Both the position numbers and the translations under genes were made by a program. A stretch of 64,000 bases of DNA, from the IMG/VR virus record IMGVR_UViG_3300005614_000001, positions 1-64,000 of that record. The stretch is one strand, 5' to 3'. The notes beneath the pieces were generated by a model, which searched no databases, was not told where the DNA came from, and saw only the letters and a list, made by a program, of their open reading frames with translations. The DNA is from a virus (Duplodnaviria > Caudoviricetes). Shown here in pieces: positions 26,934 through 36,700 of this stretch (positions within the stretch are counted from its first letter, which is position 1; every line of letters begins with the position of its first letter).

Positions 26934-27698
26934 TTAATTATTTACCTGAGTTCCATTGAACTCTTTTATTTCATTGTAGTATTTGGCTATTTCCTCATCT
27001 GTACTGGGAGATAGAGTGTAGTTTTCTTTTTCCCCTGTATCTGTAGAGTTAACCTGGTGTATTATGTATCTTTCTGGAGTTTCTGCACCACCGCTCATTT
27101 TAAATACTGATTGATCTCCTCCCCAGTTATAGATAAATGATGGTCTTCCATCATGGTCTGCAAGTATTGTATGCTCCCCTATTAAAGGATGAAGCCATGA
27201 ATCATGATACTTTACATTGAGATTTCCATATCCCTTCTCTTTAATATGCTCATAATCAACGAATATGGATGGTTCCATTACATTGTTCATTAGAGATATT
27301 TCTCCATGATTCTGCCTGAAGTAAGAATAGAGTGATTTATAAGCCCTCATATTTAAAGTGCGGGCTTTTACCATTCCCTCTACTCCATCTGATATAAAGG
27401 TTGGGAGCCTTAGGTCATCATCATCCCAGGAATTGACTATATCAAAATTTCCAAGGAGAGAAGCTTCTTCTAATGCATTATTATACTTTTCCCCTACAGA
27501 GTCAAACCTTTTAGTTGTATTTACCAGCACTACCTTCTTGTTTTGAGGAAGGGATAATTCAGGAAGCCTTATCTCTCTCCCGGAATTGTAAATAAATAAA
27601 GTACTATCCCCCGGATAATCCTGATCTATATAGCACTTCAAAGCTCTTTTTAAGCAAGAGAACCTATGGAAAGTGCAGCAAATAAGAAGAACATTCAT
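26934..27698 (-). CDS. glycosyltransferase family 2
   Basis: CCTFHR, YIDQDYP, SVGEKYN and WDDDD (DxD) motifs. Confidence 0.85.
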   Translation of the reverse strand: MNVLLICCTFHRFSCLKRALKCYIDQDYPGDSTLFIYNSGREIRLPELSLPQNKKVVLVNTTKRFDSVGEKYNNALEEASLLGNFDIVNSWDDDDLRLPTFISDGVEGMVKARTLNMRAYKSLYSYFRQNHGEISLMNNVMEPSIFVDYEHIKEKGYGNLNVKYHDSWLHPLIGEHTILADHDGRPSFIYNWGGDQSVFKMSGGAETPERYIIHQVNSTDTGEKENYTLSPSTDEEIAKYYNEIKEFNGTQVNN

Positions 27699-27708
27699 GT
27701 ATTTGGTT

Positions 27709-28098
27709 TTATTTTTTCTTTACCCCACCCTTATTACTACCAGGGGTAGTAAAATAAGACTTTATCTTATCCAGGGAGGTGTTTAAATAATCTGCTATTA
27801 TATATCCAAATTTAGCATATACAAACTCCACCAGTCTTTCCCCAAATAAAGTAGCAAGACATATAACTATAGTCTTAGGTTTATCCCATCCCTCCAGGTC
27901 ACATATCATAGATGCTAAACAACCACTAGTGATGCTTAATCCAGTAATAGCTAACCATGCCCAGAAGCTTCTTTTCCTCCCGGTATTTAGTTCGTGGGAG
28001 TATTTGCCAAGTAATCCAAGAGCTATAGGAACACCAACTTTCATAACTAAAGCAAGGAAATCTATTTTCTGTGAAGTCTGGGATGAGTTAGTTTCCAT
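27709..28098 (-). CDS. putative holin
   Basis: Two to three TM segments and a basic C-terminal tail, in the late module. Confidence 0.6.
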   Translation of the reverse strand: METNSSQTSQKIDFLALVMKVGVPIALGLLGKYSHELNTGRKRSFWAWLAITGLSITSGCLASMICDLEGWDKPKTIVICLATLFGERLVEFVYAKFGYIIADYLNTSLDKIKSYFTTPGSNKGGVKKK

Positions 28099-28526
28099 AT
28101 ACGGTAATAGGTGATAGAGGATACAATAAGGATATAAATTATTTCAAAAATGGTGATAGTAGCTGTAGGGAAAGTAAATTCATCTATACATTTTCCAATA
28201 GCAAAAGATATCATTCCCTGTAGTAGGATATACAGTTTTTTCAAAGAGGGGGAGGAATACCTTAAATAAAGTATTTTAGTTGTTTTTATCAAACAGAGGC
28301 AAAATATTACTTTTATAATATCCTCTGAAAAAAAATAAACAAAATTGTTTATAGTCTGTCCTCCAAGGAAGGAGCAATTATAATCATCTCCTGAATATAG
28401 ACTGATAAATAGAACTTTAAAAAGAGAAATAAGGATTATAAGAGTTACAGCTCTAAATAAAACCTTTGTTATTTTTACTATCAAGTTTATAGGTTTAATG
28501 TGGGCGGTGACTAGGATGTCCGCCAA
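28062..28526 (-). CDS. multi-pass membrane protein
   Basis: About four hydrophobic segments; true start uncertain. Confidence 0.55.
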   Translation of the reverse strand: MADILVTAHIKPINLIVKITKVLFRAVTLIILISLFKVLFISLYSGDDYNCSFLGGQTINNFVYFFSEDIIKVIFCLCLIKTTKILYLRYSSPSLKKLYILLQGMISFAIGKCIDEFTFPTATITIFEIIYILIVSSITYYRIWKLTHPRLHRK

Positions 28527-28776
28527 AAAATGCTTCAGAATTACAAGTATACTGCTGGTTATTACTATCTATTAATATTAAAGTAGAAGAAGATGTAGTT
28601 ATAGTACGGGATAAAACCTCTTCTCCAGGGCCATCCTGATCCCAATAGTTATCTATAAAGAAGGTACTATCATAAGAAGGCATAGAAGATGCTACTGTTC
28701 CAGGAATAGAGGTTCCATCTACTGAAATTACAATATCACTAAGAGATTGTACATAAAATGCTACTTGTTGGCTCAT
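28495..28776 (-). CDS. hypothetical protein
   Basis: 93-aa acidic ORF ending FFGGHPSHRPH. Confidence 0.6.
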   Translation of the reverse strand: MSQQVAFYVQSLSDIVISVDGTSIPGTVASSMPSYDSTFFIDNYWDQDGPGEEVLSRTITTSSSTLILIDSNNQQYTCNSEAFFGGHPSHRPH

Positions 28777-28786
28777 GTTTAATTTA

Positions 28787-29008
28787 TTATTTTGACTTAT
28801 CTGAAATTATGTGATTTATCCATCCTGAAGCTATAATTAATACAACCCCACCTATTCCAATACCTCCAAATATTTTATCACCATTGCTGGCTATATTGAA
28901 GTTTTTATCAAATGTATTAGTAGCTATAAAGTGCAAAGCACATGCAATAATAGATGCCACTCCTACTGCAGCCATTGATATAAGCAGCCATTTGGTGAAT
29001 TTTGTCAT
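28787..29008 (-). CDS. small two-TM membrane protein
   Basis: Two hydrophobic helices. Confidence 0.6.
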   Translation of the reverse strand: MTKFTKWLLISMAAVGVASIIACALHFIATNTFDKNFNIASNGDKIFGGIGIGGVVLIIASGWINHIISDKSK

Positions 29009-29010
29009 TT

Positions 29011-29328
29011 TTATTTATTTAAAAGTTTGAACATTACACTAAAAACTACATTCCACACTACTCCATATATCACTACTCCAATCCATAAAATAAAAGGAAA
29101 ATTATAGGTGAGGACAGAGGCTATAAGGAATATAATCATTAGTGATTTACATAAATGCCATCCATCTATATGATATCCAGCTATTTTTTTACAGCTCTTC
29201 CAGCTAACTTGTGGGTTCCAAAAATCAGGGGATAGTTTCTTAAATACCGAACTCTCAAAGTGAAAATCCAAAGTATCCATCACACTATTGCAAATAGCTG
29301 ATAAAATAAAGAATAGAATAGATAACAT
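29011..29328 (-). CDS. membrane protein (DxWH motif)
   Basis: NSVMD, FWNP..SW and DGWHL.K motifs, three TM segments. Confidence 0.65.
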   Translation of the reverse strand: MLSILFFILSAICNSVMDTLDFHFESSVFKKLSPDFWNPQVSWKSCKKIAGYHIDGWHLCKSLMIIFLIASVLTYNFPFILWIGVVIYGVVWNVVFSVMFKLLNK

Positions 29329-31550
29329 TAGTACTTTATTATACTTACTTTAAAACTGCCGGATGTGGGATCTAAAGCACCAGAGCTATAATTGTTAAAT
29401 CTTACTGTTACTGTATTTGCTGCACTAACCCAACAGCTAAAGCTACTATTGGATAATACACTACTATTTGGGACACCAACAGTAGGGATGTCTCCAACTG
29501 CTGCACCAGTTAATGTAATGGTTAAATCAGAAGATGTCTGTGCTGATGTAGAAGGGAAATCTAATGTTGATGTAGTTGTTAATACAGTTATATTTTCAAT
29601 TCTATGTGATGTGGTATTTTGGGCAGCTAAAGAATATCCACCTGAAGAATATGTTGGAATATTTACTATAACAGCACTATTCCCAACATACAAGGAACCT
29701 GTATCTGAGATATACCCAGTACTTTTAACATTTATTGTATCATCAGTAGTTAAAGCACTTCCTTTTATAAAGGATGCTCCTCCAGAATTAATAGCTATTG
29801 CATCATTCCCTAATTTGTTTTTTAATACCATAGCAGCAGAGCTATCTGAATTTAAAAAAACATAAAATGCTGATAAGTGTGTGGATGAAGTTCCAACTTG
29901 AAACCCTGATGTATTGGTAAACCCTTTTATTTGTAAAGATGAGAGATTTGATATCTTCCTATTGTATACTGCTATAGCAGTATCTTGGGCTATATAAGAT
30001 GCATATGTATTACTTACGATTGTATTAAAGGTATCTATAGTAAGTATTTGTTGTTGTTTATAAGAAGTGTCTATATTAATTGTTGCAGCCATTACTGCAT
30101 GACCTGCTGTATTAGGGTGAGTACTATCTCCAGAATTATATACAGGGAGCATACTATATAATGTTGTATTATCCCATAATGGAGTCCAGGTATCAATTAT
30201 ATGGTCTGTAGTAAAAGTTCTCTGTATATAATTTTTAAGAGGGCGTTCATCTGTTGCAGTACGTGGTGTTGGTAAAAGATGAATTACCGTGATACCAGCA
30301 TGTACAAGGGTATCGCGTAATGCATGATAATTAGCCTGCCATGTATTACTATCAACCTTGAATAAAATATCATTTCCTCCCATCATAATTAATGCATATT
30401 TTGGAGCAAGGTTTATCTTTTCTTTACAAGCTGCTAATGCCTGACCTACACCATCTGCACCACCTCCACTTATTATGTCTTTTGAATATCCGTTAAGCAA
30501 ATTTACAAAACGTGCATTAGTAGGAGCTGCTTGTCCTCCAGTTATACTATTTCCTATTACAATGGAATTAAGATTTTTAGGCTTTAGTATATAATATTTC
30601 CAGTTTATAAGTAGAGCATTTAGACCCAAATCTGACACACGAGGATTTGATGTATTATGCATTGCAAAAGGACTACCTGATGGAGAGGTTGGTTGAATAT
30701 AATTAATAGACCACTTTTTTGTTATATTAGTAATAGTGATTGTATACGTGGTTTCATACCTAAGAAGATCAAATCTCATAGTATCGCCTACACTATATGC
30801 AGTATCTGCTACACTTCCAAAAAATGTACTGTGACCCTCATTTATATCAAATGCAGGAAGTCCTGTAAAAATAGTTCCCTTATTACTAACATAGGTACCA
30901 TTTACAGTATGCTCATATCCAAATGGATTTATACTATGAAATCCTACCTGAATACCATAATCTGCAGTAGTTTTTCCTTGCCAAACAAAAGTTATAGATT
31001 GTACACACTTCTCTACCATTGTAGCAGTGTTATATTCTATGTAATCAGTATAAGTACCATTATTACCATTAAATAACAATCCATTTGCTGTAAATGTTCC
31101 ATGTGTCCCCACTAAAGTAAAACCTGCTGGGAGAGAACCCTGAAGGTTTGTATTAAATACTGTAAGTGTATCATAAAGAGGATATTCTATTTTGTTATTT
31201 AACGAAAGCTGCAACCTATTAGCAGTATCTGCTATATTTACTGAATTTTGAGTACTGTCTGCAATATATATTGGAATAGTTACATAATTACCAGCTATTG
31301 CAAACAATTTCCAACTACTACCATTCCAGAAATAAGGAAGCCCATTAGCAGAACTAAACCTAATCCTGGGAGTAGAAAGTGGAAGATTATCGTATAATCC
31401 GTTAGTGTCTAATGGAGAGAATGCAAGACTGCTATCTATCTTTATACGATTATATTCATTACCGTAGTTATGGGCATTATAATATGGTATCTGCCCAATA
31501 GCAGAAGTAAAAGGTATTAAAAGAGAAAGTATTAGAAATAATTTTTTCAT
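29328..31550 (-). CDS. signal-peptide-bearing fibre-like protein with SGNH/GDSL esterase domain
   Basis: Sec-type signal MKKLFLILSLLIPFTSAIG|Q. SGNH blocks GNSIT, GGND and DSTHP. N- and C-terminal domains shared with 31855..33033. Confidence 0.8.
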   Translation of the reverse strand: MKKLFLILSLLIPFTSAIGQIPYYNAHNYGNEYNRIKIDSSLAFSPLDTNGLYDNLPLSTPRIRFSSANGLPYFWNGSSWKLFAIAGNYVTIPIYIADSTQNSVNIADTANRLQLSLNNKIEYPLYDTLTVFNTNLQGSLPAGFTLVGTHGTFTANGLLFNGNNGTYTDYIEYNTATMVEKCVQSITFVWQGKTTADYGIQVGFHSINPFGYEHTVNGTYVSNKGTIFTGLPAFDINEGHSTFFGSVADTAYSVGDTMRFDLLRYETTYTITITNITKKWSINYIQPTSPSGSPFAMHNTSNPRVSDLGLNALLINWKYYILKPKNLNSIVIGNSITGGQAAPTNARFVNLLNGYSKDIISGGGADGVGQALAACKEKINLAPKYALIMMGGNDILFKVDSNTWQANYHALRDTLVHAGITVIHLLPTPRTATDERPLKNYIQRTFTTDHIIDTWTPLWDNTTLYSMLPVYNSGDSTHPNTAGHAVMAATINIDTSYKQQQILTIDTFNTIVSNTYASYIAQDTAIAVYNRKISNLSSLQIKGFTNTSGFQVGTSSTHLSAFYVFLNSDSSAAMVLKNKLGNDAIAINSGGASFIKGSALTTDDTINVKSTGYISDTGSLYVGNSAVIVNIPTYSSGGYSLAAQNTTSHRIENITVLTTTSTLDFPSTSAQTSSDLTITLTGAAVGDIPTVGVPNSSVLSNSSFSCWVSAANTVTVRFNNYSSGALDPTSGSFKVSIIKY

Positions 31551-31558
31551 ATAGTGAT

Positions 31559-31828
31559 TTAGTAAAAAATAATTGTGTATTGTTCCCCTGTAAGAAACTC
31601 ATTTCCTCCAATGAGTTGCACCCCCATATTATACATTCTTTGGTAATGTACCCCTTCAAAAAGGACCCCTACCCCATTTTTCATAATTAGGAAGTTCTTT
31701 GCCTGGATGTCAGGGTTATCATAAACTACCCCTCCATTTAAAGGAGTGTATGTTCCACCATCACCAATAATAAATTGGATTGGGAGATCTGTCTGCAGAC
31801 AATTTTCTGCTTGGCAGCAATTATTCAT
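31559..31828 (-). CDS. small beta-rich adaptor protein (paralog A)
   Basis: CC...C N-terminus; PIQFIIG...GVHY...G.QLI...F.TGE.YTI.FY. Confidence 0.7.
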   Translation of the reverse strand: MNNCCQAENCLQTDLPIQFIIGDGGTYTPLNGGVVYDNPDIQAKNFLIMKNGVGVLFEGVHYQRMYNMGVQLIGGNEFLTGEQYTIIFY

Positions 31829-31854
31829 TTATTTTATTTTTATTTTATTTTTAA

Positions 31855-33033
31855 TTACTTTCTTACTATTACTTTAAATGTCCCTGAAGCTGGGTCTGCC
31901 GATCCTCCAGATGTATTATGAAATCTTATTGTAACAGTGTTTGCAGAGGAAACAAACCCCCAAAAAGTACCAACAGTAGCACTGGCAGAAGGAACACCAA
32001 TATATACAGCATCTCCATCTGCTGCTCCAGCTACGGTTAAAGTCAGGTCTGAAGAAGCATTTGAAGAGGTACTTGGAAAATCAAGAGCCCCAGTAACCAC
32101 TAAAGGCAGTGCAGCAGTTTCCACTCTATGGGTAGTAGAGTTTACTACTAATGCACTATCCCCGCCAGATGTGTATGGTTGAGCTTGATATAGATATAAA
32201 TTTCCTTTACTTGAGAATTTAGTAAAAATATTTCCTAAAGTATCCTGGAACTGTAAAAGATCTCCAAACTGACTCACCCCTTTTCTTATTACTAAAGTGG
32301 TAGTAGAAAGGGTGTCATTTGCATTTGCAGATAGCAGAACAGTATTTTTCTGTGCTATTGCCACCCACTGCCCAATGTAGAATATACCCCACCTTTGGTT
32401 AGTAGCTGCATTAAATGCTTCTACAATATTAATAGTGTGAATTTGATTATTATAAGTACTTATTTGTGTACATGCTATATCATTAGTCTTTACTCCCCCT
32501 GTATTTAAAGTCCCTGTCTGATCAGTTACTTGCAAATGATTAAATTCATAAAATATCTTCCCGCCTCTAAGATTTATAAAAGGAGTATTATCAGGGGAGG
32601 TGAGATTAGCATTAGTCCCCAAAGTTATATAACTATTCTGTGTAGTATCCGGGGAATAATAACCTCCTTTATTCTTTACTCCTGTAAATATCCAGGGTTG
32701 TGTGGTGTCTGCTGCAAATTTATTAGAAGTAAGGGTAAGGTTATACCCTGCAGTGTAAGTATTATTGTTAGTAACTTTTGTATAATGCTTTCCATCAAAA
32801 GAAAGGTATAAACTACTATCCTGTGTACAATACATAGCTGCCCCTACAAATCCTGATACTATAGTATCTGTACTATGTTTTATCGGAAATGCAAAAATAC
32901 TATCAACCCTTATTCTTGTAAACCAGTTCCCATAGTTACCTGCTTTATAATATACCTGGGCTTTACTATTATTTATAACAGAAAAGGTTATTAAAAAAGC
33001 AAGAACTAATTTTACATATATACTTTTAATCAT
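31855..33033 (-). CDS. signal-peptide-bearing fibre-like protein (paralog of 29328..31550, without SGNH)
   Basis: Signal MIKSIYVKLVLAFLITFSVINNSKA|Q. NYGN..RI..DS..AF N-domain and LDFPSTS...SDLT...ANTVT.RF.N...DP.SG.FKV C-domain. Confidence 0.8.
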   Translation of the reverse strand: MIKSIYVKLVLAFLITFSVINNSKAQVYYKAGNYGNWFTRIRVDSIFAFPIKHSTDTIVSGFVGAAMYCTQDSSLYLSFDGKHYTKVTNNNTYTAGYNLTLTSNKFAADTTQPWIFTGVKNKGGYYSPDTTQNSYITLGTNANLTSPDNTPFINLRGGKIFYEFNHLQVTDQTGTLNTGGVKTNDIACTQISTYNNQIHTINIVEAFNAATNQRWGIFYIGQWVAIAQKNTVLLSANANDTLSTTTLVIRKGVSQFGDLLQFQDTLGNIFTKFSSKGNLYLYQAQPYTSGGDSALVVNSTTHRVETAALPLVVTGALDFPSTSSNASSDLTLTVAGAADGDAVYIGVPSASATVGTFWGFVSSANTVTIRFHNTSGGSADPASGTFKVIVRK

Positions 33034-33060
33034 TTTAGTTATATTTATATCTATTAATGA

Positions 33061-33312
33061 TTAATAGAAAGTGATGGTAAAAGTTTCTCCTGTATTAAAC
33101 ATATCCGGGGAAATAAGTTGAAATCCCCCTATTGGGGAGAGGGTATAATGTACCCCTGGAACAAGGAACCCCCATATGTTCCTATGTATCAAATAATTAC
33201 GTGCAAATAAAGTTGTGTTATAATAAACACTGGTTCCTGCAGCAGGAGCTCCTGCAGTAGTCCCTATAATAAACTGTATAGGAGAGGGTAGAGGATCACA
33301 TCCACAGGTCAT
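33061..33312 (-). CDS. small beta-rich adaptor protein (paralog B)
   Basis: CGC N-terminus; PIQFIIG...GVHY...GFQLI...FNTGETFTITFY. Confidence 0.7.
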   Translation of the reverse strand: MTCGCDPLPSPIQFIIGTTAGAPAAGTSVYYNTTLFARNYLIHRNIWGFLVPGVHYTLSPIGGFQLISPDMFNTGETFTITFY

Positions 33313-33344
33313 AATGATAGAATTTAATGTTTTAATTTATTGTA

Positions 33345-33689
33345 TTAATACAATATAGTATATACTTCCCCGGTATTGAACACTCTGCCTCCAATAAGGG
33401 TGACTACACCAGTGGTATTATTAAAAGTATAATCTACTCCATTTACCAATGTCCCAAATCCATTTAGGAATATAATAGGGCTCTTCGAAATAAGAGCAGT
33501 ATTGGTATAGGTAGTAGAACCATTTACCGGAGTATTTGGACCACTATCTCCTATAGTGAATGTAGTGGAGTTAGTAGCAGATATACCACCAGCAGCTATT
33601 GCTGCCAGGTAGCCACTTTGAATTTGGAGTATCTGGTATATATTTTTAAACCACCTATCCTGGTTAGTTTGTACTGGAGGAGTTGCCAT
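33345..33689 (-). CDS. small adaptor protein (paralog C, with N-terminal helix)
   Basis: FTIGD...P.NG...LNG.G.L..GVDY...FNTGEVYTILY. Confidence 0.7.
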   Translation of the reverse strand: MATPPVQTNQDRWFKNIYQILQIQSGYLAAIAAGGISATNSTTFTIGDSGPNTPVNGSTTYTNTALISKSPIIFLNGFGTLVNGVDYTFNNTTGVVTLIGGRVFNTGEVYTILY

Positions 33690-33789
33690 TATATATTAAA
33701 GATTTAAAGGTATGAAAAAAACTTGAATTAATAAAATACATCATTAATGTGAGGAGCATTATATAGCATTACAGATACCTTTTCTGCTA

Positions 33790-36700
33790 TTAATGTGCTC
33801 TATTTTGTGTAGTGAACTTAATATTCATCTCTTTTGCAAAATCAGGAGATGCAAGGGCAGCATAGTTAATTAACTGATTTCCCAAAGGGAAGGATTTTAT
33901 CACATATTTCAACGGGTGAGCATTTGCTACCATTTTTTCTCCTTTAGTGGTATTCCCAAGTTCTTCTTCGGTAAGTCCAAAAGCATATCTCCCTAAATTA
34001 GAGAGTACATTTTCTGCATCAGTAACCACTCCAAATGCCGGGAGGATACTACCTCCAGCTACTTGCTGCCACTGCCAAGGATGATAATAAAAGGCCATTT
34101 CGTCTGATATTTTATCCAGCATCCTAACTCCATATATCCAATACCCTCTTTCTTCTTTAGTAGCTTCATCTGCATCCGGAATGAGGGCTTTTGCTGCCAG
34201 GAATGTAGAAAGTACCCCAATATAAGCTAATATATCCCTCATCTGTCCTCTTACATTATCCCTCATCAGATCATAGAAGTCATCTTTAGATATAGTGAGC
34301 TCCTTCCCGGTTTCTCTAAGGTATTGTTCTTTCTTCTTAGCCATAAATTCTTCCATCATCTTCAATCCTTGTTCATTACCAGCCATGATGTTTTTCATAT
34401 TCCCAATAATACGAAGAGGGTTTTGTACTAATATTTTCCCCACCATCCTCACCTTTCCATATTCATAGCTATCTGTACCAGGGATATACTTAAGACTTCC
34501 AAACCTGCTATCTGCTATAGGGACTATCCAGTTTTTAAAGGTCATCATCATCCTTGCCATAGTTCTCATAGAAGCTCTGCTCCTATCATCATCACTCATG
34601 GCACCAGTAGATTGCTTTTCTATCTGTTGTATTAACCCTCTGAGCTTCCCCATTTCCTTCCCATAAAGGTCCAGTCCATCTATCACCAGTTTATCATCTA
34701 CTATTTTAGCAAGTTTTGGGAGAGATTTTGTAGCCTTCAGGTCATCTATCTCTTTTTCCATTTTTTCTTCCAGCTCTCTATTTTGCCCAGGGGTACCGAA
34801 ATATCTTTGCCCTTCATACTTAGCCCTCACATACTGCCTGGTATTTTCTATCTTTCCATCTATAAGGACTGCATTATCCAACATGGCTATAGCTATGGGC
34901 TCCTGTACTAACTTATCACTATAACGGAATATAGAATATACAGCTTCACTCATGGAAGCATTTGCCACTTTAGATACAGATAGTTCTTTCTTTCTATCAG
35001 CAGCAGTTTGCTCTACAAATGGGACTATCTGGTTTAGAAGATAGGCATATACATTACCTTCTTTTCCTCTGAACATCCTGGTATCAGTCATTGCTTCTGC
35101 TTTCCTGAGATCTGCACCATCAAAGAAGGTTCTTTTATTTGTATAGTTCTGCAGCTTACCACCAATAAGGTTAGATAGTGGGATACCAATATTTAAAGCA
35201 AGGATCTTATTCTTATAAAACTGACTCACTCCTTCCAATAATCCATTTGCTGTAACTACTCTATCCTTCACATTTTCCGGGAGAAGTTGTGTACCCAGGG
35301 TCTTATTTATTGCTTTAAATACATTTTCAGTTCTCTCTCCAATTTTTCCTATAGTTTTCCCTTCCAGGATGTCATTTACATTCCTCTGCCCATAATATAT
35401 TCCCTGTACAAACTCATCCAGCATTTTAGCATTATATTCATTCTCGGGGGAGGTTTGTACCACACCATCCTTCCTCACTATCTTTCCAAACCTATTGGCC
35501 TGTATAGAAGATTTATTATGCTCTACATACTGCAGGGTTTTTACCAGATTCTCTATTCCAATTAGAGATTCATATCTTATAAGCTGTTCATTATAAGACT
35601 GTATTACAGAGAATAGATTAGTAGAGAATTGACTATCATCTTCTATTCCTCTATTGGAAGTAAAACTAAACGGGAGATGGTTTATCAATTTCCCGGTAAG
35701 GGGATCCTGGTATTGATAAGTATTTTCATTATCATTTATACTTATACCATTTATGAACCCATCTGCAATTTTTAAATTCCCCCCAAATGCTAATTTTTCA
35801 GCTACTCCACTTTTCATAACATATGGAAGAAAAGATCTCCTCACCTGTGGCTGAAGTATTCCAAGACTTACTCCTTTATCTACCCTCTCCTGGATATAGT
35901 TGTAGAAATCCAGTACTGGCTTATTCTCAGGGGATAAAAGCTGCTTATATTCATCAGTATGCCATTTATCTAAAGCAAATGATTTCATCTCATTATTTCC
36001 CCATCCAGGAGCCTTGTCATTAGAGAGATTGTATTTATCCTTTACTTTCTGTATTTCTTCATTTCTCCTCTTCTGGTTTTCTTCATCTACTGCATCATAG
36101 ATAGTGCTGTTTATAGCAGCTATTCTTTTTTGCTCTCTTTGGGCTATGTGTTCCCGGTATGCAGCAAGATTTATATTATCCTTATACCACTGGGTATTTT
36201 TATTCTCCTGGGCTTTTTTGAATTCTTTGAAAAAATCACTTTGTATAGTATCTATTCTTTGGTTTGTTTTCTCTCCCTTACTGTTCTTTTTGTACAGGAG
36301 GTCAAACATATTCTTTGGATTTAGCCCTCTGGCTTCACTCCATTTTAAATATTCTTCTCGGTGGTGAGCTACTATTTCCTTCTCTTTTTCCTTCAACAGC
36401 TCAGCCACCTGGAAGTTTGGATTGGTGAGTTTATATAAAGAATTAGCTGCAACAGTAGACCCTCTGCCCAATCCTCTAAACCAGTTCCCTATATTTTTAT
36501 TCTCTCTTTCTGCAGTTATAAGTCCACTTACTCCAAGTCTATCCCCAAGGAATTTATCAGCAAAATTGAATAAAGTATCATTCAAATCCTTTACAGCACT
36601 TCTTACATCTGAAGAAGTTACTTTCAAATCCTCCTGAACATCTTTATTTGTTGCTGCAGCATCTTTTAAGTGTACATCTATATCTTCATATGGAATATAC

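Noticed and set aside
26911-26937. Short tandem repeat (AAAAGTTA x3)
   Set aside because: Low-complexity AT-rich intergenic sequence with no supporting context for an iteron or phase-variation role.
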